Shown: positions 1-10,805, numbered from the stretch's first letter. The stretch: DNA of 64,000 nt from an uncultured delta proteobacterium (GCA_963696385.1 CAVOKF010000005.1:864001-928000), one strand, 5' to 3'. Notes: a model not told the origin generated them from the sequence alone. Numbers and translations are program-made.

Positions 1-307
1 ACGCCGAGGCGGAGCTGATGAACACGTATTGACGCGTGCGTCCCCGAAAGACCTGGATGTCGCGCTCGACGTGATCGGGAGTGAAGCCGACCCACTGGAC
101 GACCGCGTCGAACCGCCGGCCTGCCAACGCGGCGTCGAGCGATCGCGTGTCGTGCGCGTCGCCGCGAAGCCACTCGGCTCCCGACGGCACCGGATGACGG
201 TCCGTCCTGCCGCGGCAAAGGATCGTCAGCTCGATTCCGCGCTCCAGGGCGCATCGCGCGCACGCCGAGCTGATGATGCCGGTTCCTCCGACGAAGAGAA
301 CGTTCAT
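1..307 (-). CDS. NAD-dependent epimerase/dehydratase (extended SDR), runs off the window edge
   Basis: Not in the ORF track. Manual translation from ATG at 307 gives MNVLFVGGTGIISSACARCALERGIELTILCRG...RQYVFISSASA: a Rossmann GGTGxxS motif and the YVFISS strand. Confidence 0.85.
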   Translation of the reverse strand, partial: MNVLFVGGTGIISSACARCALERGIELTILCRGRTDRHPVPSGAEWLRGDAHDTRSLDAALAGRRFDAVVQWVGFTPDHVERDIQVFRGRTRQYVFISSASA

Positions 308-410
308 AGCCGGCGGATGGTACCTCCGTCGGAGTCTCCGTGTCCGCATCGAGGGACGCCGACGCGCTCTCGATCTTGCGACGCCCTTGCGCTACGCCTG
401 CGCGCACACG

Positions 411-2823
411 ATGAAGGCTTCGGTCCGCTGGCTTCGCGAGCTTTGCCCTCGGCTTCCCGACGACCCGGCTGCGCTTGCCGAGCGGCTCACCGCTGCCGGG
501 CTGGAGGTCGAGTCCACAGCCGAGTTCGGACTCGGCGCCGAAGCATGCCTAGTCGCCGGCGTCGTGTCGGTGCGGCCGCACCCGTCTCGCAGCGGACTGC
601 GGCTCGTAGCGGTCGACCGCGGGGGTAGGTCAGAAGAAGTGGTTTGCGGCGCGCCCAACGTGCCGGATCCCGGGGGTCTCGTCGTTTTGGCACCACTCGG
701 GGCCCATCTTCCGGCGAAGGGGCTTACGATGGAGCGGCGATCGATCGCCGGCGTTCCGAGCGAGGGCATGCTCTGCAGCGAGGCGGAAATCGGTCTGAGC
801 GACGATGGAGACGGGCTGCTCGTTCTTCCCGACGGCACGGCTCGCCCCGGCACGTGCCTGGTCGACGCCCTACCGGCCGCGCGCGACACGATCCTGGAGA
901 TTGGGCTGACGCCCAATCGGCCGGACGGTCTCGGGCACGTCGGCCTCGCGCGCGAGGCCGCGGCGCTCTTCAACGTGTCCTTTACCTCGCCGGATCCAAC
1001 CGATCCGGAGCGCAGGTGCAACGATGAGTTCGCACGATACGCGAGCATCACGATCGAAGACCCGGATCGTTGCCCGCACTACGGAGCGGCCGTGCTCATC
1101 GACGCGCGGATCGCCCCGTCGCGACTCGACGTGCGCTGGCGTCTGCACTCGCTTGGCGTTCGCCCCATCTCGAACGTGGTGGACGTCACCAACCTCGTGA
1201 TGCTCGAGCTCGGGCATCCGATGCACGCGTTCGATTTGGACCGCGTTCGCCGACGATCCATCGTGGTGAGGCGCGCCCGCGAAGGCGAGCCGATTCGCAC
1301 CCTGGATGGCGTCGAACGCACCCTTTCGGACGACGATTCTAGTCATCGCCGACGGCGATGGCCCCGTCGCGATCGCGGGGGTGATGGGCGGTGGCGACAG
1401 CGAGATCACGTCCAGCACCGAGCGCATTCTGGTCGAGTGCGCGTATTTCGATCCGCGGGGAATTCGCCGCTCGGCCCGGCGCCACGGGCTCCACACCGAG
1501 TCGAGTCATCGCTTCGAGCGTGGCGTGGATTGGGGCGATACGCGCGTTGCTCTCGCCCGCGCTATGTCGCTCCTGTCGAACTGCGCGGGCGCCGCAGCGG
1601 TCGTCCCCGCCTGCTTGGTTGAAGCCAAATCGCTTACCCGCCGGTCCGTCACGCTCCGCCACCATCGCGTCGGCGCGTTGCTCGGAGCCGCGGTCGACGT
1701 CCCCGCGATGCACGCGATCCTCGGGCGGCTCGGATTCGCGTGCCGCGCGGCGCATGCCGACAGGGACGTCTGGGACGCGCCGAGCTTCCGCCCGGACGTG
1801 TCGCGCGAGGTGGACCTCGTCGAAGAGGTTGGCCGCGTGCGCGGCTACGACGCGATTCCAACGACCATGCCGGCCATCCAAGCCAGCCGCGATGCGGGCC
1901 CTCGTCAAGCGCTCGCCCGGCGCGCCCGAGAGGCGGCGGTCGCGATCGGTCTACTCGAGGCCATCACCTACGCATTCGTCAGCCCGAGCGACCTCGCCCG
2001 GGTCGGCGCACCCGCCGCGACCGTGAGGTTGCGCAATCCGCTCCGCGAGGAGCAATCGGTCATGCGTACGAGCCTTCTGCCCGGGTTGCTCGCCGCGGTG
2101 GCCCACGCCCGGCGGCACGGCGAGCGCGATGCGCGTCTCTTTTCGGTTGGCCCGCTCTTTCTGGCGGCTCGCGGACCGTTGCCCGAGGAGCGGTTGGCGC
2201 TTTCGGCCTTGATGGTCGGCGAACGCAGTGGGTGGCTCGGCAGGCCGAGAAGCGTCGACGTTTGGGATGCCAAGGGCGTGGCGGGCGCGCTCGTGCTCAG
2301 GCTGCTCGGGCGTGAGGCGACGGTCACTCTCGCCGTCGCGGGCGATCGTCCGCCTGCCCTGCACCCACGCGGGGCCGCATGGATCGACGTCGGCGGTCGG
2401 CGCGTGGGATCGCTCGGACCGCTGCACCCCGATGTGACCGATGCGTTCGAGCTCGGCGGCGCCGCGGTTCTGGTGGACCTCGATTTGTGCGCCATCGAAG
2501 CCGTCGGTTCACGTGCCCTTCAGTTTTCGCCGCTGCCGCGGTTTCCCGCGACGACGCGCGACCTCTCCGTCGTGGTGGTCGACGGGGTCGCCGCCGGCGA
2601 GGTGGAAAGTGCCGTTCGTGAGGCCGCTGGGGATCTGGCGGAGAGCGTGGCGCTCTTCGATCGCTTCGTCGGAGGCAGTGTTCCGGCCGGTCATTCCAGC
2701 CTGGCGCTGCATGTCGTCTACCGGGCGCCGGATCGAACGCTCACGGACCCCCAAGTCGACGATCGCCACACGGCGGTGGTGGCTGCCGTCGAAAAGCGGT
2801 TCGGCGCCACGTTGAGGAGCTGA
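411..2823 (+). CDS. pheT: Phenylalanine--tRNA ligase beta subunit, one +1 frameshift at ~1337-1338 (likely read error)
   Basis: MKASVRWLREL start, VVCGAPNV, SEGMLCS, TPNRPD and ISNVVDVTN in the first frame. IAGVMGG, SHRFERGVD, REVDLVEEV, MRTSLLPGL and the C-terminal RDLSVVV/YRAPDRTL anticodon domain in the second frame. Confidence 0.95.
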
Positions 2824-2847
2824 CAGGCGCTACCCTTCGGTCGACCC

Positions 2848-4158
2848 ATGGCATCGTCGCCACCCACCTCCGCCAGCGCGCTCGTCGGCGCGGTCGTCTC
2901 GCGCCGCTTTAGGCTTGGCGCGAGGCTGGGCGAGGGCGGCATGGGCGAGGTGTACGGCGCGGATCCGATCGACGGGGGGCCACGGGTCGCGCTCAAGATC
3001 CTGCGTCGTGAGTTCCTTGCGTCATGCGACGTCCTGACGCGCTTCCTCGACGAAGGGCGGACGTGCATGCGGCTCGTGCATCCCAATATCGTGCGCGTGA
3101 TCCAGTGCGCCCAGGCCGAAGACGGCTCGCCGTATCTCGTGATGGAGCTGTTGGAGGGGGTTTCTCTCGGTGCCTACATGAGGCACGGGGCGAGGGTCCC
3201 ACTCGCCCGCGCAGCTCCGATCGTCCAAGGGATCTTGAGCGGCTTGGCGTGCGCCCACGCCAACGGCATCGTGCATCGGGACCTCAAGCCCGCCAATGTC
3301 TTCTTGAACCGCGACGCGAAGGGGGCATTTGGTGTCAAGGTCCTCGACTTCGGAATAGCCAAGGTCATGGATGTCGCGGGCGGCATGGGCACCCGGACGC
3401 GGACCGGCATGCTCTTGGGAACGCCTGCGTACATGAGCCCCGAGCAGGCTCGAAATGCTCGAGACGTCGACCGACGCGCTGACCTCTGGTCGGTCGGCGT
3501 GCTGTTCTACGAGATGTTGACCGGGCGCGTCGCGTTTCCCGCTCCGACCGAATACGCGCGCCTGGCCGCGCTGCTATCGGTCGAACCGGAGCCCGTGGAG
3601 AAAATTGATCCGGCGCTCGCGACGCTGTCGCCGTTCCTTCAGCGTGCGCTCAAGAAAAATCGCGACGAGCGCTTCGCCACGGCCGTCGAGATGGCGCATG
3701 CGCTTGCCTCGCTCGTTCCCGACGCGACGCGGCGGCCGGATCTTCCGATCGGCGATCCGGCGGAAGCCGGGGCGTTCAGTCGGCTCCCCGATGTCGCGTC
3801 GGTGCTCGTCGCCGCGCCCGGCTCACCCGGCTCGTTGCGTGCGAGCGCGCCCGCGATGTTACCCCCCGTTCCGGGGACCCCGTCGCCGGCGCGAGGGTCC
3901 GGCGTGAAGCCGTGCGCCTCCGGGGCCACGCTCGCCAGCGCCGACGCCCGGCGCGGCGCGATCGAACCGTCGCCTTCGGTCGTGGTGATCGCCGCGTCGC
4001 CGCTCGACGGAACGATGCCGTCGAAAGACGGTTCGGGCTACATCCGCACGAATCTGCGGAGGGCAGTCGCCTTGCACGTGGTGGTCCTCGTCGTCGCCTG
4101 CGCCCTCGCCGTGGGATTTCTGCTCGGCTGGTCTTTGGGTCGAGGGAGGGTGCCCTGA
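2848..4158 (+). CDS. Ser/Thr protein kinase with C-terminal TM helix
   Basis: GEGGMGEV, VALK, HRDLKPAN, DFG and GTPAYMSPEQ motifs; hydrophobic VVVLVVACALAVGFLLGW tail. Confidence 0.93.
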   Translation: MASSPPTSASALVGAVVSRRFRLGARLGEGGMGEVYGADPIDGGPRVALKILRREFLASCDVLTRFLDEGRTCMRLVHPNIVRVIQCAQAEDGSPYLVMELLEGVSLGAYMRHGARVPLARAAPIVQGILSGLACAHANGIVHRDLKPANVFLNRDAKGAFGVKVLDFGIAKVMDVAGGMGTRTRTGMLLGTPAYMSPEQARNARDVDRRADLWSVGVLFYEMLTGRVAFPAPTEYARLAALLSVEPEPVEKIDPALATLSPFLQRALKKNRDERFATAVEMAHALASLVPDATRRPDLPIGDPAEAGAFSRLPDVASVLVAAPGSPGSLRASAPAMLPPVPGTPSPARGSGVKPCASGATLASADARRGAIEPSPSVVVIAASPLDGTMPSKDGSGYIRTNLRRAVALHVVVLVVACALAVGFLLGWSLGRGRVP

Positions 4159-4265
4159 GCGCGGTCGGCTGCGAGCCCGATGACCGCATCCTTCACCGAT
4201 CGCGAGCGAGGTCGCTTGAGGGGCTGCTCGCCATCTTGATACGGTCTGCTCATCCGGAGCGTGCC

Positions 4266-4814
4266 ATGACCCAGACCCAAGCCGCGATCGATCCGCGCTA
4301 TCTCGAAATCTTGCCGCAATGGCTCCGCAGTCTAGGCGAAGACGTGGCGGCCATCGGTGGCGCCATCGAAGCCCTGGGGCCCGACGACGAAGCGACGCGG
4401 GCTCTGGTGGCGGGGGTCAACTATGTCTTCAAGTCGCTCGATCTTATTCCCGACGGCATCGAAGACCTGGGCTTTCTGGACGATGCGTTCGTCATCCGCG
4501 TGTCTTGCTCCTTCGCGGTCGCGGCACGACCCGAGCTCAATGAGGGCGTGCTCGCGGGCTTGGCCGCGGATGCGCGAGCCGTGCACGAATTTCTGGGCGA
4601 CGATTACGCTCGCTTGGAAGCCTATGTGAAAGGCGCCCGGAAGGGAGCCGCGAGAGGGCGCACGGTCGAAGAGATCGTCGTCCACGCGCCGGTCCGCCAG
4701 GGCTTTCTCGACGACCTACGGGCTTGGTCGGCGGCGTATCAGGTCCCCCGCTTCACGAGGGATCCGAAGACGCTCGTCAAGTTGAAGGCGTTTCTCAGCG
4801 CCAAACTGTCCTAA
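4266..4814 (+). CDS. YkvA/DUF1232-family protein
   Basis: DLIPDGIEDLGFLDD signature; ATG at 4266 chosen within ORF 3912..4814. Confidence 0.75.
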   Translation: MTQTQAAIDPRYLEILPQWLRSLGEDVAAIGGAIEALGPDDEATRALVAGVNYVFKSLDLIPDGIEDLGFLDDAFVIRVSCSFAVAARPELNEGVLAGLAADARAVHEFLGDDYARLEAYVKGARKGAARGRTVEEIVVHAPVRQGFLDDLRAWSAAYQVPRFTRDPKTLVKLKAFLSAKLS

Positions 4815-6533
4815 CTACGGCGTGCGACTGTCGGCCTTGTTGCTGTTGCCTCCGCCGTGGCTCTGACCGTGCATGACGGCAAGCAGTTCCTGCAACAGAT
4901 CGCGAGCTTCCGGCTTGGTTTTTAGGTGATTGAGCAACAAAAGCGACACTTCGCTGAAGGCCTTTTCGAAGCCAATGCCTTCTCGCGTGCGAGCCGCGAC
5001 CTTCTCCCGCCCGCTCGCTAGGTCTTCCTCGAGCGCTTCGGCGTATCGCGCGAGCTGAGCGCGCAACTCGTCGATCTGCCGCCGCAGGTCGCGGGCCTGG
5101 GCCTCCTTGAGCTGCGCCTTTTGCTCGTGCTCCTTGTGCTGTTCGCGGCGTGCCTCGACGAGCGCCGCAGCCGCGCCAGCGCGTTCGAACGTCGCGCGCA
5201 GTTGCGCGGCCGTGCCGGCCGCTTGATCGGCCGATTGCTTGGCCTGCTGAGCCGCGCGATCGGCCTGCTGAACGGCCTCGCGTATTCGGACGACCTCGGC
5301 CTGCTCAGCGGCAAGTTCGCGCAGCGCACGCGATTCCTCGTGCGCGAGCTCTTCGACCTTGCGCCCGATCTCGGCGCGTAGTGCGCGGCCTCGCCGCTCG
5401 AGGGCTTCGAGCCGTCGGGTATGACTGGCCACTTCGCCCTCCAGCCGGCTCGCCCGCGACGCCAGATCCCAGGCTTGTGAAGACGCGGTCTGTACGTCGG
5501 TGGGCGTGTTGCTTCCGGGATAGGCGCGCGACACCATCCGCGAGAACAGGGCGGCGCGGCTTGCCCACTCGATGACTCCGGGTGACTGCGGCGGCGGCGG
5601 CGGAGGGGGAACGGCATTTTCGCCGGTCGTGGCGACTTCCCAGGGGGTGCTCGGAAGGCTGCGCTGCAGGGCCTTGAGCTCCTCGTGCATGTGGTGCGCG
5701 TCTTGAAAGCGCTTGCGCCGATCCTTCTCGAGAAGCTTGATGACGATGCTCTCGGCGGCGGGCAAAACGTCGGGCTTAATCGATCGAGGTCGGGGGGCGA
5801 CCGCCGTTCGCTGCATGTCGAGCAGGGTCTCACGGTCGTCACTTCGGAACGGGAGCTGCCCTGTGAGCATTTCGAAGAAGAGCACGCCGAGCGCATAGAG
5901 ATCGCTCTGCGCGGTCGCTTCTTCGCCGCGTGCCTGCTCGGGCGACATGTACTCGGGTGTTCCAAAGACGGCGCCCTTCGGCGCGAGGCGCGGGTCCATG
6001 GCGAGATGAGCCAGACCGAAGTCGAGAATCTTGACGAAGTCCTTGCGGCCGCCTCGCGTGGTCAAAAGAATGTTGTCGCTCTTCAAGTCGCGGTGCACGA
6101 CGCCGAGGTCGTGAGCGCGCGCGAGGGCTGCACACATTTGTTCGAGGATGTCGACGCTGCGCGCGAGCGGCATCGGCCCACGGGCCAGTTCGCTCGAGAG
6201 CGACGTGCCCACCAGATACTCCATGACGAGATAGAGTTCGCTCTCCTCCGTCTCGCCGATGTCGTGGATGTCGATGATGTGCGCGTGATCGACCCGATTG
6301 GCTGCGCGCGCTTCGCGCAGCATCCACGCACGCAGATGGGTTTCGCCCCGCAGATCGGGGCGGATCAACTTCACCGCGACGACTCGGTCAATCAGGACGT
6401 GTCGAGCGCGGTAGACGACTCCCATGCCTCCTTCGCCGATTCGGGCTTCGAGGCGATAGCGGCCCGCGATGACGCGATTGAGCATCGGGTCCGCGGGCTT
6501 CGCTGGTTGAGCAACTCGCTGTGGGCCTTGCAT
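4815..6533 (-). CDS. Ser/Thr protein kinase with long C-terminal coiled coil
   Basis: GEGGMGVV, VAVK, HRDLKSDN, DFG and GTPEYMSPEQ; E/A/R/Q-rich helical C-terminal half. Confidence 0.93.
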   Translation of the reverse strand: MQGPQRVAQPAKPADPMLNRVIAGRYRLEARIGEGGMGVVYRARHVLIDRVVAVKLIRPDLRGETHLRAWMLREARAANRVDHAHIIDIHDIGETEESELYLVMEYLVGTSLSSELARGPMPLARSVDILEQMCAALARAHDLGVVHRDLKSDNILLTTRGGRKDFVKILDFGLAHLAMDPRLAPKGAVFGTPEYMSPEQARGEEATAQSDLYALGVLFFEMLTGQLPFRSDDRETLLDMQRTAVAPRPRSIKPDVLPAAESIVIKLLEKDRRKRFQDAHHMHEELKALQRSLPSTPWEVATTGENAVPPPPPPPQSPGVIEWASRAALFSRMVSRAYPGSNTPTDVQTASSQAWDLASRASRLEGEVASHTRRLEALERRGRALRAEIGRKVEELAHEESRALRELAAEQAEVVRIREAVQQADRAAQQAKQSADQAAGTAAQLRATFERAGAAAALVEARREQHKEHEQKAQLKEAQARDLRRQIDELRAQLARYAEALEEDLASGREKVAARTREGIGFEKAFSEVSLLLLNHLKTKPEARDLLQELLAVMHGQSHGGGNSNKADSRTP

Positions 6534-6923
6534 TCGCCTCTCTCCGCTCGCGGACTACGCGGGCATCGACGTCGAGATCGTATCAGCGCGGAAGCCCGAC
6601 GGGGAACGTGGATCGCGGTGTTGGCGTATTTCCTCGAACGGCGGCCGCGCGCCGACGGGACTGAGCGAGTGCCACACCCAGCCGCTGCGGTCCCCATTGG
6701 CCCCCTACGTCCCACACCCGCACCGTGCGGGTCACGAGTCGATCCGCGTCCACGTCTTTCATAGGGCGGACGCTTGGACCGGAGGCCGGACGGTCGCGCA
6801 ACGGGGCGCACGATCGCGCAACGCCGATCCGCCGGCCGACCTGAATCCCGCTACGCTCCGCAGACAGCCCGCCCGCCGATCCGGACCGCGAACTCGCGGG
6901 TGCAAGGGCGCCGAGATGCTCTC

Positions 6924-7610
6924 TCAGAACGCAACGTGCAGGACAGGCATGCGTAGCTCCGTTTGCGCCGATCGGATACCGTACTCGCGTTGCTCCGCGA
7001 CGGAGTACACCGGGCGCACATCGGGCACGGGGACGCCGACGCGCAAAGCGCCGCCGTGAACGTCGAGCAACGACTGCGGGGGCGGCGCGGGTGGGGTGGA
7101 CGCAGGTGGGGAGGAAGCCGGCGGAGTGACGGAGGCCGGCGTACTCCCGGGCGCCGGAATGACGACGCTGCCGCCAGGAGCGCCCGGCTCGGGCATGGCG
7201 CCGGTCGGCGGTTGATCCTCGACGGCCCCCTCCTCGGGGAAGTAGCGCGTCGCGTTGAGCATCAGCACGATAGCGGGAATGACGAGCGCGAGACCGCCCG
7301 CCAACATGTACATCGGCACCATACCGTCGGTACTCGCTTTCTCGATGAAATACCCTCCGGTCGCGCCGGCCGCAGCTCCAAGGCCGCCGCCAAGCGCGTA
7401 GGCCCAGCCCGGACGGGCGCCGGCCAACGCCTCGGTGATCGTCACGACTTCCGCGCCGAGCAGCCCGCCGCCGACAACCCCCTTTCCGTCCGGTGAGACG
7501 TTTGGGGACTCCGCTCGTGCTTGTCTCAGGGGCGCGGTCATCGCGGCGACACCAAAAAGCGCGGCGGTCGCAATGGCGGCCGGCCGGTATGTCGTGCGGT
7601 GCAAGGCCAT
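6924..7610 (-). CDS. Hypothetical exported/membrane protein
   Basis: ATG at 7610 with GGAGAAG RBS; signal-peptide-like N-terminus (..ARA|ES), Gly-rich hydrophobic segments, Pro-rich tail. Confidence 0.65.
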   Translation of the reverse strand: MALHRTTYRPAAIATAALFGVAAMTAPLRQARAESPNVSPDGKGVVGGGLLGAEVVTITEALAGARPGWAYALGGGLGAAAGATGGYFIEKASTDGMVPMYMLAGGLALVIPAIVLMLNATRYFPEEGAVEDQPPTGAMPEPGAPGGSVVIPAPGSTPASVTPPASSPPASTPPAPPPQSLLDVHGGALRVGVPVPDVRPVYSVAEQREYGIRSAQTELRMPVLHVAF

Positions 7611-7764
7611 AGTCTTCTCCGTACCTCGTCCGTTCGAGGGGCTCAAGCTAACACGTAGTTCACGGGGCTGCGCAGAGAATCCGGGCGCCGCCGCCGGCCT
7701 TTGCCATGGCCGGCTCAGGAGTTCGCCTCGCTTCGATCGGCGATGCGAACTAGGCTCTCGCCCC

Positions 7765-8199
7765 GTGGCGTGGATCTCTTTTGCGACGGCGCTGATTGCG
7801 GTCCATGTCCTGGCCAACGTCGTCTGGATCGGATCGCTCTTGGCGGTAGCGCTGCTGATTTCCCAAGCGGACTCGGCATTGGATCCGGCCGACGTCGCGC
7901 GGCTGGCGGGCCGCGTGCACACCCGCTTGGCGGTTCCCGCATTTCTCGCGAGCTTCGGGGCCGGTGTGGTCAGCATCGGGCTTTCGCCGCTCCTGTATGC
8001 GCACGCCCCATGGTTTCACGCGAAGCTCACGTTCGCGCTCGGAGTCATCGTCCTGCATCATGTCATTGGCGCGCGGGCCAAACGTGTCGCCGCCGGCCGC
8101 GTGACGTCCGCCCAGGGTGTCGGCGTTCTCGGCATCGTGACCTTGGTCTGTGCGGCCGGAGCCGTGCTGCTGGGGGTCGCGAAGGCGCTCCCCGGTTGA
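7765..8199 (+). CDS. CopD/HemJ-like (UPF0093) four-TM membrane protein
   Basis: VHVLANVVWIGSLL and WFHAKLTF..VLHH resemble the HemJ/CopD conserved H/W and W.HAKL motifs. Confidence 0.6.
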   Translation: MAWISFATALIAVHVLANVVWIGSLLAVALLISQADSALDPADVARLAGRVHTRLAVPAFLASFGAGVVSIGLSPLLYAHAPWFHAKLTFALGVIVLHHVIGARAKRVAAGRVTSAQGVGVLGIVTLVCAAGAVLLGVAKALPG

Positions 8200-8446
8200 A
8201 GAACACGAATTTAAGGTGTGCGGCGTGGCATCCGAGCGGCCCAGCTGCAAGGACCCACGAGGACAGCGTCCCGCCCTACTCACCGATTTGCGATCCACTC
8301 GATCCGGCAGGGCAGTGGGGTGCCCGCCCAGTTGCCGCAAAGTGACAAAAGGAGCCGGGGCGTTCAGGCTGGGATGAAGACTTGGGCGCGCCTCGGACTC
8401 CACCACAGGAGCTCGGCCGAGGGATCGACAAGCCACGAGCCGCGGG

Positions 8447-9538
8447 TCAGGGTGGCTTGCGTCCTGTGTTGAGTCCCTTGGAGATGCCCGAGAGCGCTTC
8501 GCCGATTTCGCGCGCCCGGTCCCGTTCGAGCAGGATGGCCGGGTCGTGTTCGTCGCCAAACGCGATTTCCACGACCAGGCTGCTTCGCGTGTTGGCTTCG
8601 GACAGATTCGTCGAATCGAGCTGCGCCTCCGGCATCGTCGGCAGCATCGCGCGAGCGCCAAGCTCGAGATAGGCTGCACGCAGCGACTCGAACATGTCGC
8701 GTGCCGTCTGCCAGCGCGCCTCGCGCTCGAAGGCGAGCGCTCGGTCGACCGCCCGAACGAGCGCCGACCCCGCTTGTGGGAACACCGTGGCAAGCGAGGG
8801 GGCCGGCTCGACCATCGCGGCGATGGTCAAATCGAACTCTCTCTCCGCCTCGTGGATGCGCCGACCCGTCAGCGACCGGAAAAGGACCGCGCCGACGGCG
8901 AAGACGTCCGTCCTCGAGTCGACCCGGTCCGGTTGACCTCGCGCCTGCTCGGGCGCCATGTATCCCGCCGTACCCATGACGATGCCGGCGGCCGTCGGGA
9001 CGAGCGAAGGGGCTCCGTCGCGCACGCGCGCCAGTCCAAAGTCCAGGAGCTTCGCGTGGCCCGTCCGCGACACGAATACATTGGCCGGCTTGATGTCTCT
9101 GTGGATGACTCCATTCGCATGAGCAAACGTCAACACCTCGAGGACCTGACCGCCGATCGCCAGCGCGTCGGCCACCGGTAGCTTTCCGCCCGCTCTCGAC
9201 AGCAGGGTCGACAGGGAGTCGCCCTCGAGCAGCTCCATCACGAGAAATGGAGAGCCGTCCTCGGCTATGTCGTCGTCGAGAATGGCGACGGCACCGGGGT
9301 GATCGATCTTGTTGGCGACGTACCCCTCCATCAAGAAACGCTCGCGGACCTGGGCGTTCGATGCGTAATGCGGGTGAAGGATCTTGATGGCTGCGCGTCG
9401 GCCGTTGCGGTGAGCCGCCTCGTAGACTGCGCCCATTCCGCCGACGTCGATCAGTCGATCGAGTCGCCACTTGCCGTTCAAGACGCGACCGATGCGTGCC
9501 TGGAAGGCGGCCTTCGGGTCGCTGGAGCCTGGGATCAC
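8447..9538 (-). CDS. Ser/Thr protein kinase (cytoplasmic)
   Basis: GGMGAVY, AAIK, HRDIKPAN, DFG and GTAGYMAPEQ. Confidence 0.93.
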   Translation of the reverse strand: MIPGSSDPKAAFQARIGRVLNGKWRLDRLIDVGGMGAVYEAAHRNGRRAAIKILHPHYASNAQVRERFLMEGYVANKIDHPGAVAILDDDIAEDGSPFLVMELLEGDSLSTLLSRAGGKLPVADALAIGGQVLEVLTFAHANGVIHRDIKPANVFVSRTGHAKLLDFGLARVRDGAPSLVPTAAGIVMGTAGYMAPEQARGQPDRVDSRTDVFAVGAVLFRSLTGRRIHEAEREFDLTIAAMVEPAPSLATVFPQAGSALVRAVDRALAFEREARWQTARDMFESLRAAYLELGARAMLPTMPEAQLDSTNLSEANTRSSLVVEIAFGDEHDPAILLERDRAREIGEALSGISKGLNTGRKPP

Positions 9539-9766
9539 CTGGACCAGGATCGGGGACGGCGCCCGCCGGCGTCAAGGGTCGCCCGACGCGGGAATGAAGC
9601 GGGCGCGTCGGACGTCAAGACGTCGCTCCGATGCGTGGGCTGCGGGAGGCGCGATGCGAAGCGTCCAAACGCAGCTACCCCTGCGCGCACCGGCGGCGGC
9701 GTGTTACACAGCGTCCCTCCGCGCACGCAAATTCACTCGCGTGCGACCCCGGCGTGCCCCTGAGGA

Positions 9767-10759
9767 ATGGCCATGTACGACGTCCGAGCCCTCAACGATC
9801 TCGTTGCCAAAGAGAGTGCATTCGTAGACCGCCTGCTCAACGAGGTGGGCAAAGTCATCGTCGGCCAACAGTACATGGTCGAACGTATCCTCGTAGGCCT
9901 CTTGACGGGCGGGCACGTGCTGCTCGAGGGCGTTCCTGGGCTCGCCAAGACGCTGACGGTGCGGACCCTGTGCGACGCGATCCACGCGAAGTTTGCGCGC
10001 ATCCAATTCACCCCCGATCTGCTCCCCGCAGACCTCGTGGGCACAGTCGTCTACAACCAGCAACGCGGCGAGTTCACGTCGAAGCTCGGACCCATCTTCG
10101 CGAACCTCGTCCTGGCCGACGAGATCAACCGTGCCCCAGCCAAAGTGCAAAGTGCGCTGCTCGAAGCGATGCAGGAGCGGCAGGTGACCATCGGCGAGAA
10201 GACCTATCCGCTGCCGGAGCCGTTCGTGGTCATGGCCACGCAAAATCCCATCGAGCAGGAGGGAACGTATGCCCTGCCCGAAGCGCAGATCGATCGGTTC
10301 ATGCTGATGGTGAAAGTGGGTTACCCGACGCGCGAAGAAGAGCGCAAAATCATGGACCGAATGACCCAGCCCGAAACGGTGCGCGCCGAGCCCATCGTCA
10401 CGCCCAACGAGCTTCTCGACGGCCGCAAGATCGTCAAGCAGGTTTACGTCGACGACAAGGTCAAGGAGTACATCGTCGACGTCGTCTTCGCGACGCGAGA
10501 GCCTGGCAAGCACGGCATGAAGGATCTCGCACCGCTCATTGAGTTCGGAGCGAGCCCTCGCGCGAGCATTGCGCTCAATCTGGCGGCCCGAGCCCACGCC
10601 TTCTTGCGTCATCGCGGTTACGTCACGCCCGAGGACGTGAAGGCCATCGGGCCCGACGTCCTTCGTCACCGCCTCGTTCTCACGTACGAGGCAGATGCGG
10701 AAGAGGTCACGAGCGAGCAGATCGTCAAGCGCGTCTTCGAGGTGGTCGAAGTTCCCTAG
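9767..10759 (+). CDS. moxR: MoxR-family AAA+ ATPase
   Basis: HVLLEGVPGLAKT, RIQFTPDLLPAD, LADEINRAPAKVQSALLEAMQE, ATQNPIEQEGTY and GASPRA. Confidence 0.95.
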   Translation: MAMYDVRALNDLVAKESAFVDRLLNEVGKVIVGQQYMVERILVGLLTGGHVLLEGVPGLAKTLTVRTLCDAIHAKFARIQFTPDLLPADLVGTVVYNQQRGEFTSKLGPIFANLVLADEINRAPAKVQSALLEAMQERQVTIGEKTYPLPEPFVVMATQNPIEQEGTYALPEAQIDRFMLMVKVGYPTREEERKIMDRMTQPETVRAEPIVTPNELLDGRKIVKQVYVDDKVKEYIVDVVFATREPGKHGMKDLAPLIEFGASPRASIALNLAARAHAFLRHRGYVTPEDVKAIGPDVLRHRLVLTYEADAEEVTSEQIVKRVFEVVEVP

Positions 10760-10805
10760 GTACACCGGCCCGGCCAAGAGCCAAGGGGTCAGCCGGGCGG
10801 TGTAC
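10760..10805. terminator. Palindrome between convergent moxR and histidine kinase genes
   Basis: GTACACC-G-GCCCGGC ... GCCGGGC-GGTGTAC directly after the moxR TAG; no clear U-tract. Confidence 0.4.

Noticed and set aside
1306..1622. Programmed frameshift or genuinely split pheT
   Set aside because: No slippery heptamer; one-base removal restores the canonical DDDLVIAD; the same change recurs at 36647.
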